From Dendrobates tinctorius (taxonomy: Eukaryota), in assembly GCF_039654945.1 (NCBI RefSeq), contig NW_027361726.1:5704001-5768000 (forward strand): 64,000 nucleotides of DNA. The letters are read 5' to 3'. The translations under genes and the position numbers were made by a program. Positions within the stretch are counted from its first letter, which is position 1. Every line of letters starts with the position of its first letter. This document shows positions 1-11,950 of the stretch, piece after piece. A model generated the notes under the pieces. That model did not search any database and was not told where the DNA came from. It saw nothing but the letters and a program-made list of their open reading frames with translations.

Positions 1-1146
1 TCTTCGGAAGGTGTCCGCCGATGAAACTGGATGTGAAATCCATGGTTGGCTATTGTCTTGTGCTTACAACCCTCCTATCCAGAGCTACTCAGGGGAGGGG
101 ATGGGGGAGTATAAAGATGAAATGACAGCAGGGAGGTGAACCACTAATGACTTCTCTCAGATAGTTACATCTGTTACTTTGATGTGTGGACGCTCTAATA
201 ATCTGTAATATCAAGAGGCGCCCCCCAGAGTATGATCGATCTGGAATAAGAGGGTCTCATCACTCGGGTGACCAAGCTCAGCTCCAATCACAGTTCTTCA
301 TGTTACTTTCCCGAGAAGCATCTGTATCTTTATTTATAAGTCTATATTTTGTTTTTCACACATTTTCTACAGATGTTGGTAAATCAAGAAAAAAAATGTA
401 CAAATTTTCACATCAAGCATATTTGCCCAAAATTGACTTCCTTGGTACCTTATTTTCTCTATATTTACTCACCCTCAAAAATAATAACTCCCCCTCCCCC
501 ACTTTAATACCATCACAATGCGGATTACTAACCAGTGTGGTCCTCTCCATTTTCACGACATTATTTGTCTTTCGAAAACGACGGCTGCAGAAACCGCATT
601 GGAAACTTTCTTTCCTTGTAGAAGTTTCTCTTTTCAGTAAAACTTTTAAATGATACTTTGTTTTCTGAAGCCTGTCTTGCCATTTTCTGATTGGACAGTG
701 CCTATTTTGGAGCAGAATACATTTGGACCCATTTCACGCACTCACCAGGTGAAAAAAGACTAAAAAAACCTCGAATGAACAGCAGATTGGATTTCCCAGA
801 GAAATTAATAGAAAGAGTTTTTGAGGAGGATTTTGGTGAGGATCTGCGCCAAGAAAATCCCCAAAAGAGTAGCGTGATCGTAGCCTTATTTTCTGTTCCT
901 GGGCCACTACTGATGACACTACTTTACCTTTAGATCCCATTGTCAGTTGGGCTGCGATCAGCTACGACATCTCTACTAAGCAGTGCCCCCCCCCCATAAT
1001 TTATAGGCGCACAATGCAGATGATATCCAGTGTGGATCTCTCTGCACCTTCTCTATGGGATGCAATGACTTATTGCCCTCCCGGTCGTGGCCATCAGTGC
1101 TGCGGAATATGTTGACCGTATATAAGTAAAAATGATTCTTATGTAC

Positions 1147-1647
1147 CTGGATAATCCCCCGGTGGTGGAGGATCTGCAATAGAGCAATCTCCTTCTGCAG
1201 CTTGTATGTGGCCAGTCTGTGGCACCCAGCGTGGTCCCCATATTGCCGCACACATTGCTTCACGTCACTGCCGTCCCCATGGATAGACTTGAGGGCGATG
1301 GATTTGCCATTCTGTAAAGTCCCTTTTACAACCACCTTGGTAAAACCTGATCCAATATAATCCAGTCCTGTAATATGGGCAAGATCCTGACAGGTGAGTC
1401 TCTGAGGAACCTCCATGGCCTCCTCCATGAATCTCATGGCCTCCTCTGGGCCCATCCCTTTAGTTTCCAATAGGGTCTGATACAAAAATACCAAATCATT
1501 GTGTCTCTGCATAATTTCTCGCCTCATTTGCCGGCTACGTTGGGTGTAAAGGAATGGCTCGTAGGGATATCCTCCAGGGAAGGAGAACCTCAGATATAAA
1601 GCTATGAGAGTGAGGGCAGCTGCAAGGAAGATGATTTGTCCTTTCAT
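1147..1647 (-). CDS. PKDCC/VLK-like extracellular tyrosine kinase, coding exon 1 (167 codons); remaining exons lie left of the window
   Basis: Hydrophobic N-terminus IIFLAAALTLIALYL, then LTCQDL..YIGSGFTKVV (Gly loop), IALK (catalytic Lys), C..C..LATYKLQKE (alphaC Glu), LHHRGIIQ. This parallels the PKDCC segment GSGYTKAV..VALK..GCYRLAAHKLLKE..LRHPNVLQ. Phase-0 donor CAG|GTACAT at 1147/1146; the ORF tail to 976 is intron read-through. Confidence 0.9.
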
Positions 1648-2751
1648 TGTGCTCTTCTGGGCAAATTGTCACCTCTGTCCTCTTACTGTAAATGAGTTCA
1701 TTAGGAAAGGAATGCCTGTCCCTGTTTGGCTTAATGGGGTGGGTTAATGGGACTGTGGACACCCACTGAGGAGGGTCTAATAAAAGTCATCCCTCACCTG
1801 ACCTCACTGCAAACTTTACATCCCTGGGTACAGGCAACTCTATGCTGCCACCTAGTGGCTATATGCAGAAACAGCAATGGAGAAGATGCAGCAGGAACAT
1901 CCCAGGGTCCTGAAAACACACAGGATAGGCAAATATTTGCACACTTTTATTATCACAAACCAATGGTATATTTTCAACCCTCTGTGATGTATGTGACAAG
2001 GTTTTTCACTGCCAAGAAGAAGATTATTAATCACATTACAATTAGTATAAATAGTCTACATATAACAGAAGTGCAATAAAATATCAGGCACCAGGCAGCC
2101 TGCACATTGAAAATCCCATAACAATATTTGAAAAAGCTTAAAGCTTAAAGATTGCATAATTTAAAAAGTTCTGCAACTTTAAATGTACTTTTAATATACT
2201 TTGTGTGATCTTCAAACCCTTAACCCCCGGAGCTTTTTTTGTTTTTGCGTTTTTGTTGTTCTCTCCCCTTTTTAATTTTTCCGTCAATGTGGCCATGTGA
2301 GGGCTTAATTTTTGCGCAGCAAGTTGTAATTTTGAATGACGCCATTGGTTTTGCCATGTCGTGTACTAGAAAAAAATTGCAAGTGCGGTGAAATTGCAAA
2401 AAAAAGTGCAATCTCACACTTGTTTTTGTTTGATTTTTTTTTGCTATGTTCACTAAATGCTAAAACTGACCTGCCATTATGATTCTCCAGGCCATTACGA
2501 GTTTATAGACACTAAAGATGTCGAGGTTCTTTTTTACATAGAAGTGATGAGCAGATCACCTCTATGTAGCAGAATTACTGACTTTTTATGTACGCCGACC
2601 ACTGGATGGCGCTCACAGCAATCTGGCACTGACAAATATAGAGGTCTCCAGGAGACCTCGGGTTGTCATGTCGACACACCAATGCGTATTTCCGGCGCGC
2701 TTGCCGGAAGCACTTGTTAAATGCCGCTGTCAGCCTTTGACAGCGGCATTT

Positions 2752-4992
2752 AATAATAAATAATAATAAATTTTATTTCTATAGCGCCGACATATTCCGC
2801 AGCACTTTACATTTCAGAGGGGATTTCTACAGACAATAGACATTACAGCATAACAAAAATCACATAGATTATAACAACTACCAAGAGGAAAGAGGGCCCT
2901 GCTCGCAAGCTTACAGTCTAAGAGGAAAGAGGTAGACACGAAAGGTGGGTGGTAACAGTTGCCCTGATTGTATGGACCAGCCATAATGTTAAGTGTGTAA
3001 CAGTACAGACACAGAGGGCTAATGGATGCATAAAGCATGTGGGAACATGATGCTGGGAACCTGGTTATGGTAAAACTTTTGACTGTGCCACACAGGGATA
3101 GATTAGATTAATGTGTTGAGGTGATAGGCCAGTCTGAATAAATGTGTTTTCAGGGCACGCTTAAAATTGTGGGGATTGGATACTCATCGTATTGACCTGG
3201 GAAGTGCATTCCAAAGAATTGGCGCAGCACGTGTAAAGTCTTGGAGATGGGAGTGGGAGGTTCTGATTATTGTGGATGCTAACCTCAGGTCATCGGCAGA
3301 ATGGAGGGCGCGGGTAGGGTGGTATACTGAAACAAGGGAGGAGATGTAGGGTGGTGCTGAGCCATGGAGGGCTTTGTGGGTGAGGGTAATAAGTTTATAC
3401 TGGATTCTGGAGTGGATGGGTAGTCAGTGTAGTGACTGGCACAAGGTAGAGGCATCGGAGTAACGATTGGTGAGGTATATGATCCTGGCTGCAGCATTCA
3501 AGACAGATTGGAGAGGGGAGAGTTTGGTAAGAGGGAGACCGATTAGAAGAGAGTTACAATAGTCGAGATGAGAATGAATAAGAGAAACAGTAAGCGTTTT
3601 TGCAGAGTCAAAAGTAAGAAAAGGTCGAATTCTAGAAATGTTTTTGAGGTGCAGATGACAAGAGCGAGCCAGTGATCGAATGTGGGGGGCAAAGGAAAGC
3701 TCGGAATCAAGTATGACCCCAAGACAGCGGGCATGTTGCTGGGGAGTAATAGTGGAACCACACACAGAAATGGCAATGTCGGGTATAGGTACATTAGTAG
3801 CGGGAGGAAACACAAGGAGTTCAGTCATTGACAGGTTCAGTTTCAGATATAGTGAGGACATGATGCTAGACACAGCGTTTAGACAATTGCCGGTGTTTTC
3901 TAGAAAGGCTGGCGTGATGTCAGGAGAAGAACGTATAATTGGGTGTCATCAGCATAGAGATGGTACTGGAAACCAAATCTACTGATTGTTTGACCAATAG
4001 GGGCAGTGTACAAGGAGAAGAGGTGGGGGCCTAGATCCGATCCTTGAGGAACCCCAACAGTAAGGGGAAGATGAGAGGAGGAGGAACCGGCAAAAGATAC
4101 AGTAAAGGAGCGGTCGGAGAGATAGGAGGAGAACCAGGAGAGAACGGTGTCCTTGAGGCCAATGGAGCGGAGCATAGTGAGGAGGAGCTGATGATCCACA
4201 GTGTCGAATGCTGCAGAGAGATCCAAGAGAATTAGCATGGAGTAATGACCATTTGACTTAGCTGTTAGTAGATCATTAGAGACTTTAGTGAGGGCAGTTT
4301 CAGAAGAGTGTAAAGAGTGGAAACCGGATTGGAAAGGGTCGAGAAGAGAGTTATCGGAGAGATAGCGGATAAGACGGGAGTGGACCAGACGTTCCAGGAG
4401 TTTAGAGATGAAGGGAAGATTAGAATTAGGTCTATAGTTAGTGGCACAGTTTTGGTCAAGGGATGGTTTTTTAAGTAGTGGATGTATGATGGCATGCTTA
4501 AATGAGGAGGGAAAGATACCAGAAGAGAGAGAGAGGTTAAATATTTTAGTTAGGTGAGGGGTGACAGCAGGGAAAAGGGACTGGAGGAGATGTGACGGAA
4601 ATGGGTCACTGATGCAAGTGGTTGGGCGAGAAGATGCAAGGAGCCTGCTTACTTCTTCTGTGACTGGTTCAAAATCAGAGAGTGAGCTAGATGCAGTGGG
4701 GGAGGGAGGACAGTGCATGGTATGAGGTGATTGGGAGATAATTTCCTGTCGAATCTGGTCAATTTTTTCTTTGAAGTAATTGGCCAGATCGTCAGCTCGG
4801 AGCTCCGTGGTTGGGGCCTGTACTCTTGGGTTGAGTAGAGAATGATAAGTGTCAAAGAGATGTTTCGGGTTATTGGACAGTGAGGTCATGAGGGTGTTGA
4901 AATAGGTTTGTTTGGAGAGGTGAAGGGCAGTGTTGTATGTTCTAAGCATAAACTTATAATGGATGAAATCTTCGTGTAGATTGGATTTTCTC
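2752..4992 (-). mobile_element. 5'-truncated L2-clade LINE with frameshifted RT ORF2
   Basis: ORF 3900-4949 has [39 protein letters not shown]; it continues in 3424-3873 (LGVILD, LDYCNSLL). The 3' end is ...gtaaagtgctgcggaatatgtcggcgctatagaaataaa followed by (TTA)n. Confidence 0.93.
3900..4949 (-). pseudogene. L2 LINE reverse transcriptase fragment
   Basis: RT motifs including YADD; frameshift just after YADDTQLY; no endonuclease domain. Confidence 0.88.
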
Positions 4993-6206
4993 TTTAACTA
5001 GTTAATAGCTGCGGGTGGATCGCGATTCCACCCACGGCAATTGTGGGCACATGTCAGCTATTAAAAACACCTGACATGTCCCGGGAAAGATGTGGGCTCA
5101 AAGCTGGAGCCCACATCAAAGGGAGGGATACCGACATCGGCTTAATTATATGTCTGATGTCAGTAAGGGGTTAAAGAGCTCTGCTAGCTGTCAGTATCCA
5201 GAAGCTGCTAACCTAGAACTACTGGCACAGCTGAGAGTTTACTACAATGTATCTAGAGCATCAGGACACAGTTATGTGCTGCTACATTTAGTCCACAGAG
5301 AATTTCCTGGACTGATACAATGTAACAAACCTAAGCTGTGTGAACAGACCATAACAAATTTTACAATTCTACCAATTTTTCTGGTTAGCCAGTAAATGTC
5401 AAATTCACCGAGTAGCATGAAATTATAAATAACTCCTAATAAAATTTAACTTTTAATACACCTATAAAATATGCATAATAGCACAGTATATTTTACCGCA
5501 ACGAGAAAATAAACAAGTCTGTATTAAATAATATGAGTGGAGGAAAGAGGGGAAAAACAAATCCCTAGTATGTTACTATAGTCTCCCTGCCTACAAGCGG
5601 AGGTTGGCACCCTCAGTCCTGCGCAGTGGCACCCCCACTCATCAGCGGCGATCCCGCCCTCTCCCTAGACAACCCTATAAGATACATATACTTATCGATA
5701 AAGTACCATGTGTAAGTAATCAGGTCTACTTCTGATATACCATATGGTATGTGCAGTATATCATAGAGGGGTTCATGGAGCCAACACAAAACAGACACAT
5801 GATAACTATAGATGATAAATGAAAGAGATTCAAGGGGGAGGCCCATATGCAGATATTCCCAAATACAATATAGGGGTTTTTTTTAACATCAATTAGTTGT
5901 CAATGTTGCTACAATGTATAAGTCCAGAAAGGATAGCTCTAAATTAACTATTGATAGCACTTGCAGGAATCCCTAGATCCCAAGCTCTCTATTTCCCCTA
6001 TATTATATACAAGAGCCCAGCAGCATCTATTCAAGGTTAGTTACTGTAATCCTAGCCAAAAAATCGGAGGTGCTTTAGTACGTTCACTCCAAGGGATTAT
6101 TCGTACACTAGCGACCCGGTTCCTTATTTCTATTGCACATAGACATTTTAGGATTCACATACCCCAGATTAAATATACATCACAAAAAGAGACCCAGTAT
6201 GCATAA

Positions 6207-6244
6207 TCTCGATGCTTTTCCCCATAATTTGGTTCCTCAGGAGA
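6207..6244 (-). ncRNA. Degenerate minimal hammerhead ribozyme motif (Penelope type)
   Basis: Minus strand tctc-CTGAGGA-acc-aaattat-ggg-GAAA-agca-TC-gaga: helix I tctc/gaga with CUGAnGA and GAAA core boxes; helix III is decayed. Confidence 0.45.
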
Positions 6245-6755
6245 ATATACTGGTACAGATCCCTACATAAACGGGGACTTATCTTGTACTAGTTGAAGAA
6301 TCAGCGTGGGAATGATGCACGTCCCTCTGACACAGGGAGTCAATGTTCATCCATTCCTGGACAGTGTACCAAACCTCAGCTGTGTGAACAGACCAGAAAA
6401 AATGGTAGAATTATAAAATTTAGTATGGTTAGCCAGTAAACGTATCACTCCTAAAATACTTTTTTGAGGCATAAAAGTACAGTAATTTGCAACAATTCTG
6501 CCAATAAGCTTATTGACCGTGAGGTGTTAGTGCCATCTGGTGGCATTTATTAGGTACTACAAATGAAAATTTACCTTTTTAGGGTATGTGACAACACCAA
6601 TGTCCTTGATCCTAAGCATTTATACCAAAAAGCAAATATTAAACAAAACACGAAGAAAACTACAAGTTTTTTTAGTATTTTGTTATTACAATAATTATAA
6701 AAACAATGAAAAAAGTTTTTATGAATGTAAAAAATGGGGAATACAGGTACAGGAA

Positions 6756-6926
6756 TGTAAGCTTGCGAGCAGGGCCCCAATTCCTCTTGGTATCTGTTAT
6801 GATCTATGTGATTATTGTTATGCTGTAATGTCTATTGTCTGTACAAGTCCCCTCTGAAATGTAAAGTGCTGCGGAATATGTCGGCGCTATAGAAATAAAA
6901 TTTATTATTATTATTATTATTATTAC
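6756..6926 (+). mobile_element. Short L2 3'-end insertion with (TTA)n tail and 8-bp target-site duplication
   Basis: Near-identical to the reverse complement of 2752-2920. TSD tacaggaa at 6748-6755 and 6927-6934. Confidence 0.88.
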
Positions 6927-7302
6927 TACAGGAAAGGAGGGTGGGAATACCTGGAAAAAAGTTGCGTGTGAGGCCCTGCAATACTATTCAGTCAGCTACT
7001 TATAAATAAAACTCTAGTAAATGATCAAAAGAACTCATATTTAATACCAATAGTAATGAGTTTGAACTAGTGCAAATATTAAAGTAGTAAGTCGGTGATA
7101 AATCTATTGAAAATAAGGAATAAATAAACACAAAATATAATATAAGCAAAATCCTAAGTGAATAGTTCAGTTAAATAAGGTGTCCAAAATGAGACCATAT
7201 TGTAGCATACAAAAGGTATATCACAAGTATACAGGTATCATAAGACAGAAAATAATTTCCAAAATGAATTTACCAGCAGTACAACGTACCAGGGACTCAC
7301 CA

Positions 7303-7344
7303 CACCCGACGCGCGTTTCACTATGGAAAGCTTTGTCCAGGGTG
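7303..7344 (-). ncRNA. Minimal hammerhead-like motif (Penelope type) with variant core
   Basis: Minus strand caccc-TGGACAA-agc-tttccata-gt-GAAA-cgcgcg-TC-gggtg: helix I caccc/gggtg, palindromic helix III, GUC cleavage triplet. The first core box deviates from CUGAnGA. Confidence 0.5.
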
Positions 7345-8161
7345 AAGCGCTGCGCTGCGTCCAAATCTCTGCGTTCTTCTATACAAGTACCGTGGATATA
7401 TTTCTAGAAATCCCACACCCACTGTGTTTCTATTTAAGGCTGCATAAACTCACCCGTGGCACAGGTTTACGAGCCGCAGCATGTCAGTTACTGTTGTCAC
7501 AATAGAATGTATTGGATGCGGTAAATCCACATTGTTCAGTGATCACATGCGGATTTACCTGGTTTTGGCTACAAATACTGATATAAAATATTGACCAAAT
7601 ACTGAATGTGTGAACGTGGCCTAAACCACAGGTTCTTTTATTATTGACTCCTGACACTTTTTGCTTTAGCTGAAGACATCACTGTGGTTCAGATTGAAAC
7701 TTCTGACATTCAAGCATCACCTACCTATCATATCAATATTTTGAAAAGACACCTTTGGCTGCATGTGGAATTAATTGGAATTCTTCCTCATTTCGTAGTG
7801 AAACCCTGAACTGGACAGATGCAATGTTGTTACACAGACGAGCATTAAAAGAAATAAACATTAAAGACAACCAAAGTGGGAAAAATAATGTTTTAAATTA
7901 AAAAAATGAATTGAGAAAACTGATGACGGTACGCCACACTATCAGGCGTCATGTAGACAGTTGCCGGTGAGGAACAAAGAAGCTGGGATGGTGAAAAAAG
8001 AAAGGACGTGTGAGTGTTGTTTATTGTTTTGCCCAGTACACGCGCGTGTCAGGGTCAGAGAAAGCGCTGGGCAGGATGCAAAGGACGGATTCCTCTGGCT
8101 CCACTGCCATTTTCTCCTGTAGGCAGCACACCGCATATGATGACAATCTGGCTATGGGTTA

Positions 8162-9041
8162 TGTGATGCAGTAACCTCTGTTACAGCTAGGGGGCACTGT
8201 GTATGCACTTCAGGATGCGCTTGGAGGTGTAATTATGATGGTAAATTAGGGACTGGCATTATTGTAAATGGCCAGTATGTGTCGCAGAGGTTCTCTGCTC
8301 TGTAAGCCAAAATCATATGGTTATGCTGTGACTTATAGTTCCACAAGTATTTGTGTATTACTTATAAGGGAGCCTTATAGGGTTAGTCAGAGAGCTAGGC
8401 GGGAATTGACTAACCACACATGTACCGTCCATCCATGGAGGTGGTTACAACCATATAATGTGACTGAGGTCTGGTCACAGGTTCAGAGTGTGTGTACCTG
8501 AATGGTTCAGGGTGCAAGCTCCTGGAAGGTCTGTGTTGGAAGATCCTGGAGTAGGATCGGATTCCTGAAGCACATGGTGAGACCTTGGACCTGGTGGCCT
8601 GGGTGTTGGACGAATGTCCTGAATAGCACCTGGACAGGACACATGTGTGTGCAGAGCTTGGGACGGCCCCACACTCAGAAAGACGCTGTCCTGTTCAGGA
8701 CCTTGGACTGACAAGGAGTCAGCCTGTGGAGCAGGAGCTCCTGAGAGGTAACTCCGGGTATGGGGAAAGAACTATGTGCACTGACAAAAGTCAGTTACTG
8801 AACTCTGCGGTCACCCGGTGACTGGAGAGAGTCCTGCGTGACTAGTGAATGCTTTATAAAGCCACTCATGATGAAGCAATGGACTGTGTGTAAAGATGGT
8901 GATGTGCAACCTGGCTTACGGTGCGGTTTATGATGTTTAAATAAACCCTAAGGACTGTTTTGTGTGGAAAACCGTGCCTGACTACGTTAATCCGCTGCCA
9001 AGCGAGTGTTCCTCAACACACATAGTAGGTGCTACGCCACA
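8162..9041 (+). mobile_element. 5' LTR of a Gypsy-type retrotransposon
   Basis: TGT...ACA termini, AATAAA near 8940, followed after 2 nt by a primer-binding site. Confidence 0.75.
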
Positions 9042-9043
9042 TT

Positions 9044-9061
9044 TGGTGGAGAATGCGGGCA
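9044..9061 (+). promoter_or_regulatory. Retrotransposon primer-binding site complementary to the tRNA-Ala 3' end
   Basis: TGGTGGAGAATGCGGGCA is the reverse complement of ...TGCCCGCATTCTCCA-CCA (vertebrate tRNA-Ala, recalled). Confidence 0.85.
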
Positions 9062-11950
9062 ACGGTTCAGAAAGCACGTGTGAGGTGTTTGCTGTGGCTC
9101 GACGGGGTCATGAAGTTTTTTTCTCAAGTCAGCCCGCTGTGGCTCGGCGGGGTCACGAAGGTGACAAGTGTCTGGCTGTAACTCGGCGGGGTTACGAAGT
9201 TTGCTGTGAATCGGTGGGTCCACGAAGTCTGCAGTGCAGAGTCATGCAGAGACTTGTGGTAGCAGGAGCTGCAGTTGCAAGTTGCAGCAAGAGGTTCTGC
9301 AGCAACAGGAGCTGCAGTGACACCAGCAGCTGCTTGTGATCTGCAGCCGGAGATGCTGGTGGCTTTGTGGCTACAGCAGGAGCTGTGGCAGTGCCAGCAG
9401 GAGCTGGTGGGGTGTCATAAAAGGACATCAGAGGTCCAGTGCGGACAACCTCTTAAAGGGCCAGTAAAAGCCCAGAGACGTATAAGTGTATTGTGTGAAC
9501 TCGGACCTGAGAGTGCCGGGGGAGTCCACGGGGTGTTCCCTAAACCGACATGGTTGCCCAAAAAGGGGTGGAGTCCCAAAAGGGGGCAGTATCCAAAAAG
9601 GGAGTAGGTCCCCAAAAGGGGTGGAGTCCTGAGGAACGGTAGTTACCTAAAAGGGGGCAGAGCATCCCGAAATTAAAGGAGTGGCGCAGTCTGTTGCCAG
9701 GAGCAAGTGTATTATGTATGCCCAGTCTGCGATATGAACTACCCACTCAGTGAGAAGCTTCGGGGGTGTGCCCTGCTGATGAATGGAGAGGTTGATTCTG
9801 GGAGCTCGGTGACCCTAGTGAGGACTGTGCACGATAAATTTATAATATCCAAAAGGAAGATCGCTGTCACCTGCATCCATGGGTGCACTAGGGACTATTC
9901 AGTAGCCTTGGTGATCCTCGAGACAGACAGAGACATTAAAAACCATGATGTCGCTATAGTCCCAAACTTAACCTGTCCGGTGATAGTAGGCCTGGACTCT
10001 AGGCTGTTCTCAGACTTGTGGGAGGGGGAAGCTCCTCTACAGCAGGAGGATGAAAGCCTCTCTACTGATGGGCTGGCGTACGTTAAAGCAGTGACACCTC
10101 CCAAAATGGACGGGTCAGACGTAGGGGTGACCGGAGGAAGGCATGCATCTGCCCAACTTACTGACCTGAGGTCCCCTGAAGTATATGACAGTGTGGCTGA
10201 TACGGATGTAGTAGGTAAACAGAGTGGAGCTGACACTCAGAGAGTTTCTTGAGGGTTCACCATACTGTGTGGTGTGACTGTGACATGTTATTGCCAGTAG
10301 CAAACACTAGGACTGAGTACAATGTTGTGCAGACAGAAGCTCGGACACAAGGGAATGACAGTGCTTCACAAGGTTAAGACAGTGAAGTTTCAGGAGTAGG
10401 GTCCGACACCAGTAGAAATAGGGACCGCTGGTTCCAGGATGACCGGTCGGGTGGTGGTGACTCCCACTCAGAGGGTGACGACAGTGGAGTAAGACTGACT
10501 CGGGTCTAAATGGCAAGTCTTCCTCCCGTTGCCGGAGGCGTAAAGGCTGAAAACGGGCTGAACAAACTGCACCCTCGGAGAAGGGCTGCAGGAGAAGCTG
10601 TCCAATTCGACCGCTGTCACAGGCCAATTAGAGGAACAAATCGATAAGCTAACAAAGGAAATGTGCACGTGGAAAGAGCGAGCTGACAGTTTCCACCAGG
10701 TAGAAGCACGTGTCCAAAGCTTGGAGAAAGAGCGCGAAGAGGTCAGTCAACTGCTGGTGAAGGAGAGTTTGAAGGTGGCAGGCTTACAGACAGGCCGAAG
10801 TAAAGGCAATGAAAGTGTCACGGTGTGACTTGTACTCTGTGCCGTGACCCGCAAGACGGCGCTAACACCTGGACACACAAGGGGAACACCGGGGAAACAG
10901 TTACAATAGTGGGCCCTGCAATAGGGAACGGGGAAGTGGAGACCTCCTGCACTCCCCTGAGGCAGTGTCCCTAAACACTGCTAACAATCCCTATACAGGC
11001 TCCTGACCTGTCGCCGAGCTGGATACCTTAATCCCTAGCTCGCCCTGCAACTATCCCTTACTAGTGAACTGGACGGTGCAGATACTAATCCCACCACTGT
11101 ACTAATACACACAAGGAAAATACAACAAAACAGGGAAAACACACAACTTAGCTTTGCTCTGCTGCTATTGCTCCAAGCAACAGAGTACAGCACCCGGATA
11201 TAGCTTCCACCTGAATAGCTGCTACTCCAAAGCTCTGGCTGAGCTGCAAGGAACTCCTCTCAATAGCTCCTTTCACCACCAAGGTTGGTTGGGAATGAAC
11301 AATATCACCAACAGTGATTGAGAACATCTGAAACTCCTTTATAGGTAGGAGCCAGGGTAATTACACCTGCTTGGTAATTTACGTGTAATAACCCCAGCGG
11401 CCACCGGGGGCAAAACTAACCTTAAGCCAAAGGCTTAAAGGTAAAAAAAAAAAAAGGTTACATGTGCTAAATCTGTCACAATCCAACCTGGATCGTGACA
11501 GAAAGTGTATGTCGAACAAGAAAAGGCCCTGAGACAGACGGCTGAGCACCGAGTGGATGAGCTGGTGAAGGAAGTCTCTGAGTTCAGAAGTCACCTGTCA
11601 ACATGGCAAAGGGTAAATGAGGCCTTAAGGGAAGATGTGGAAGTACTCAGAGAAGCCTTAAGAGGTCTTCTACAAGAAGAGAAGTTGGTGGTCGAAGACT
11701 TACAGCGGCAGTGTCCGAGGGATAACAAGGCGGAGCTACAAATGCCCATCTTAGCAAGGGGGCCTGAAGACTGTAAAAGTAAGGGAGAGTGTGTGCTTAG
11801 AACGGAACAAGACAGTCACCCGGTCATAGTAGAGGTCTTGATGGAAAAGTCTGTGGCAAAGCGAGAGCCTTCCGTCCATGAAGAGACGCTTATTAGTTCA
11901 TCTCCAGTCAGCTGGGGTGCCTGCGCAGACATGATTTCATTCATTCTGCA
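9062..11950 (+). mobile_element. Degenerate Gypsy (Gmr1-like) internal region: Gln-rich gag remnant, aspartic protease remnant, coiled-coil ORF; no RT, integrase or 3' LTR seen
   Basis: ORF 9707-10252 VDSGSSVTLV..VTCIHG..Y..VAIVPNL.CPVIVGLD (retropepsin DSG motif); CAG-rich gag-like stretch 9240-9410; interrupted by the solo LTR at 10816-11500. Confidence 0.7.
10816..11500. mobile_element. Solo LTR (685 bp) with 5-bp TSD
   Basis: TGTCACG...CGTGACA inverted termini; TSD gaaag at 10811-10815 and 11501-11505; related to 42480-43448. Confidence 0.9.

Larger units (their letters stand above)
2213..5174. mobile_element. Non-autonomous TTAA-type (piggyBac-like) DNA element interrupted by an L2 LINE
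   Basis: Right end ...gtaaggggTTAA (to 5174) and a degenerate mirror left end aaacccttaaccccc near 2213. Internal sequence ...gacagcggcattt at 2751 resumes as tttaactagttaatagc at 4993. Confidence 0.5.

Noticed and set aside
976-1146. C-terminal part of the 223-aa ORF
   Set aside because: Similarity to PKDCC stops at the splice donor; the rest is intron read-through.
5620-5660. Minus-strand CTGATGA followed by a gtgg/ccac stem (hammerhead candidate)
   Set aside because: No GAAA box or helix III follows.
7960-8110. Possible hAT dimerisation-domain remnant (DP..VYW / TIPAS) on the minus strand
   Set aside because: Too short and interrupted to support without a profile search.
9044-9061. tRNA-Ala gene
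   Set aside because: Only the 18-nt complement of the 3' end including CCA is present, i.e. a primer-binding site.
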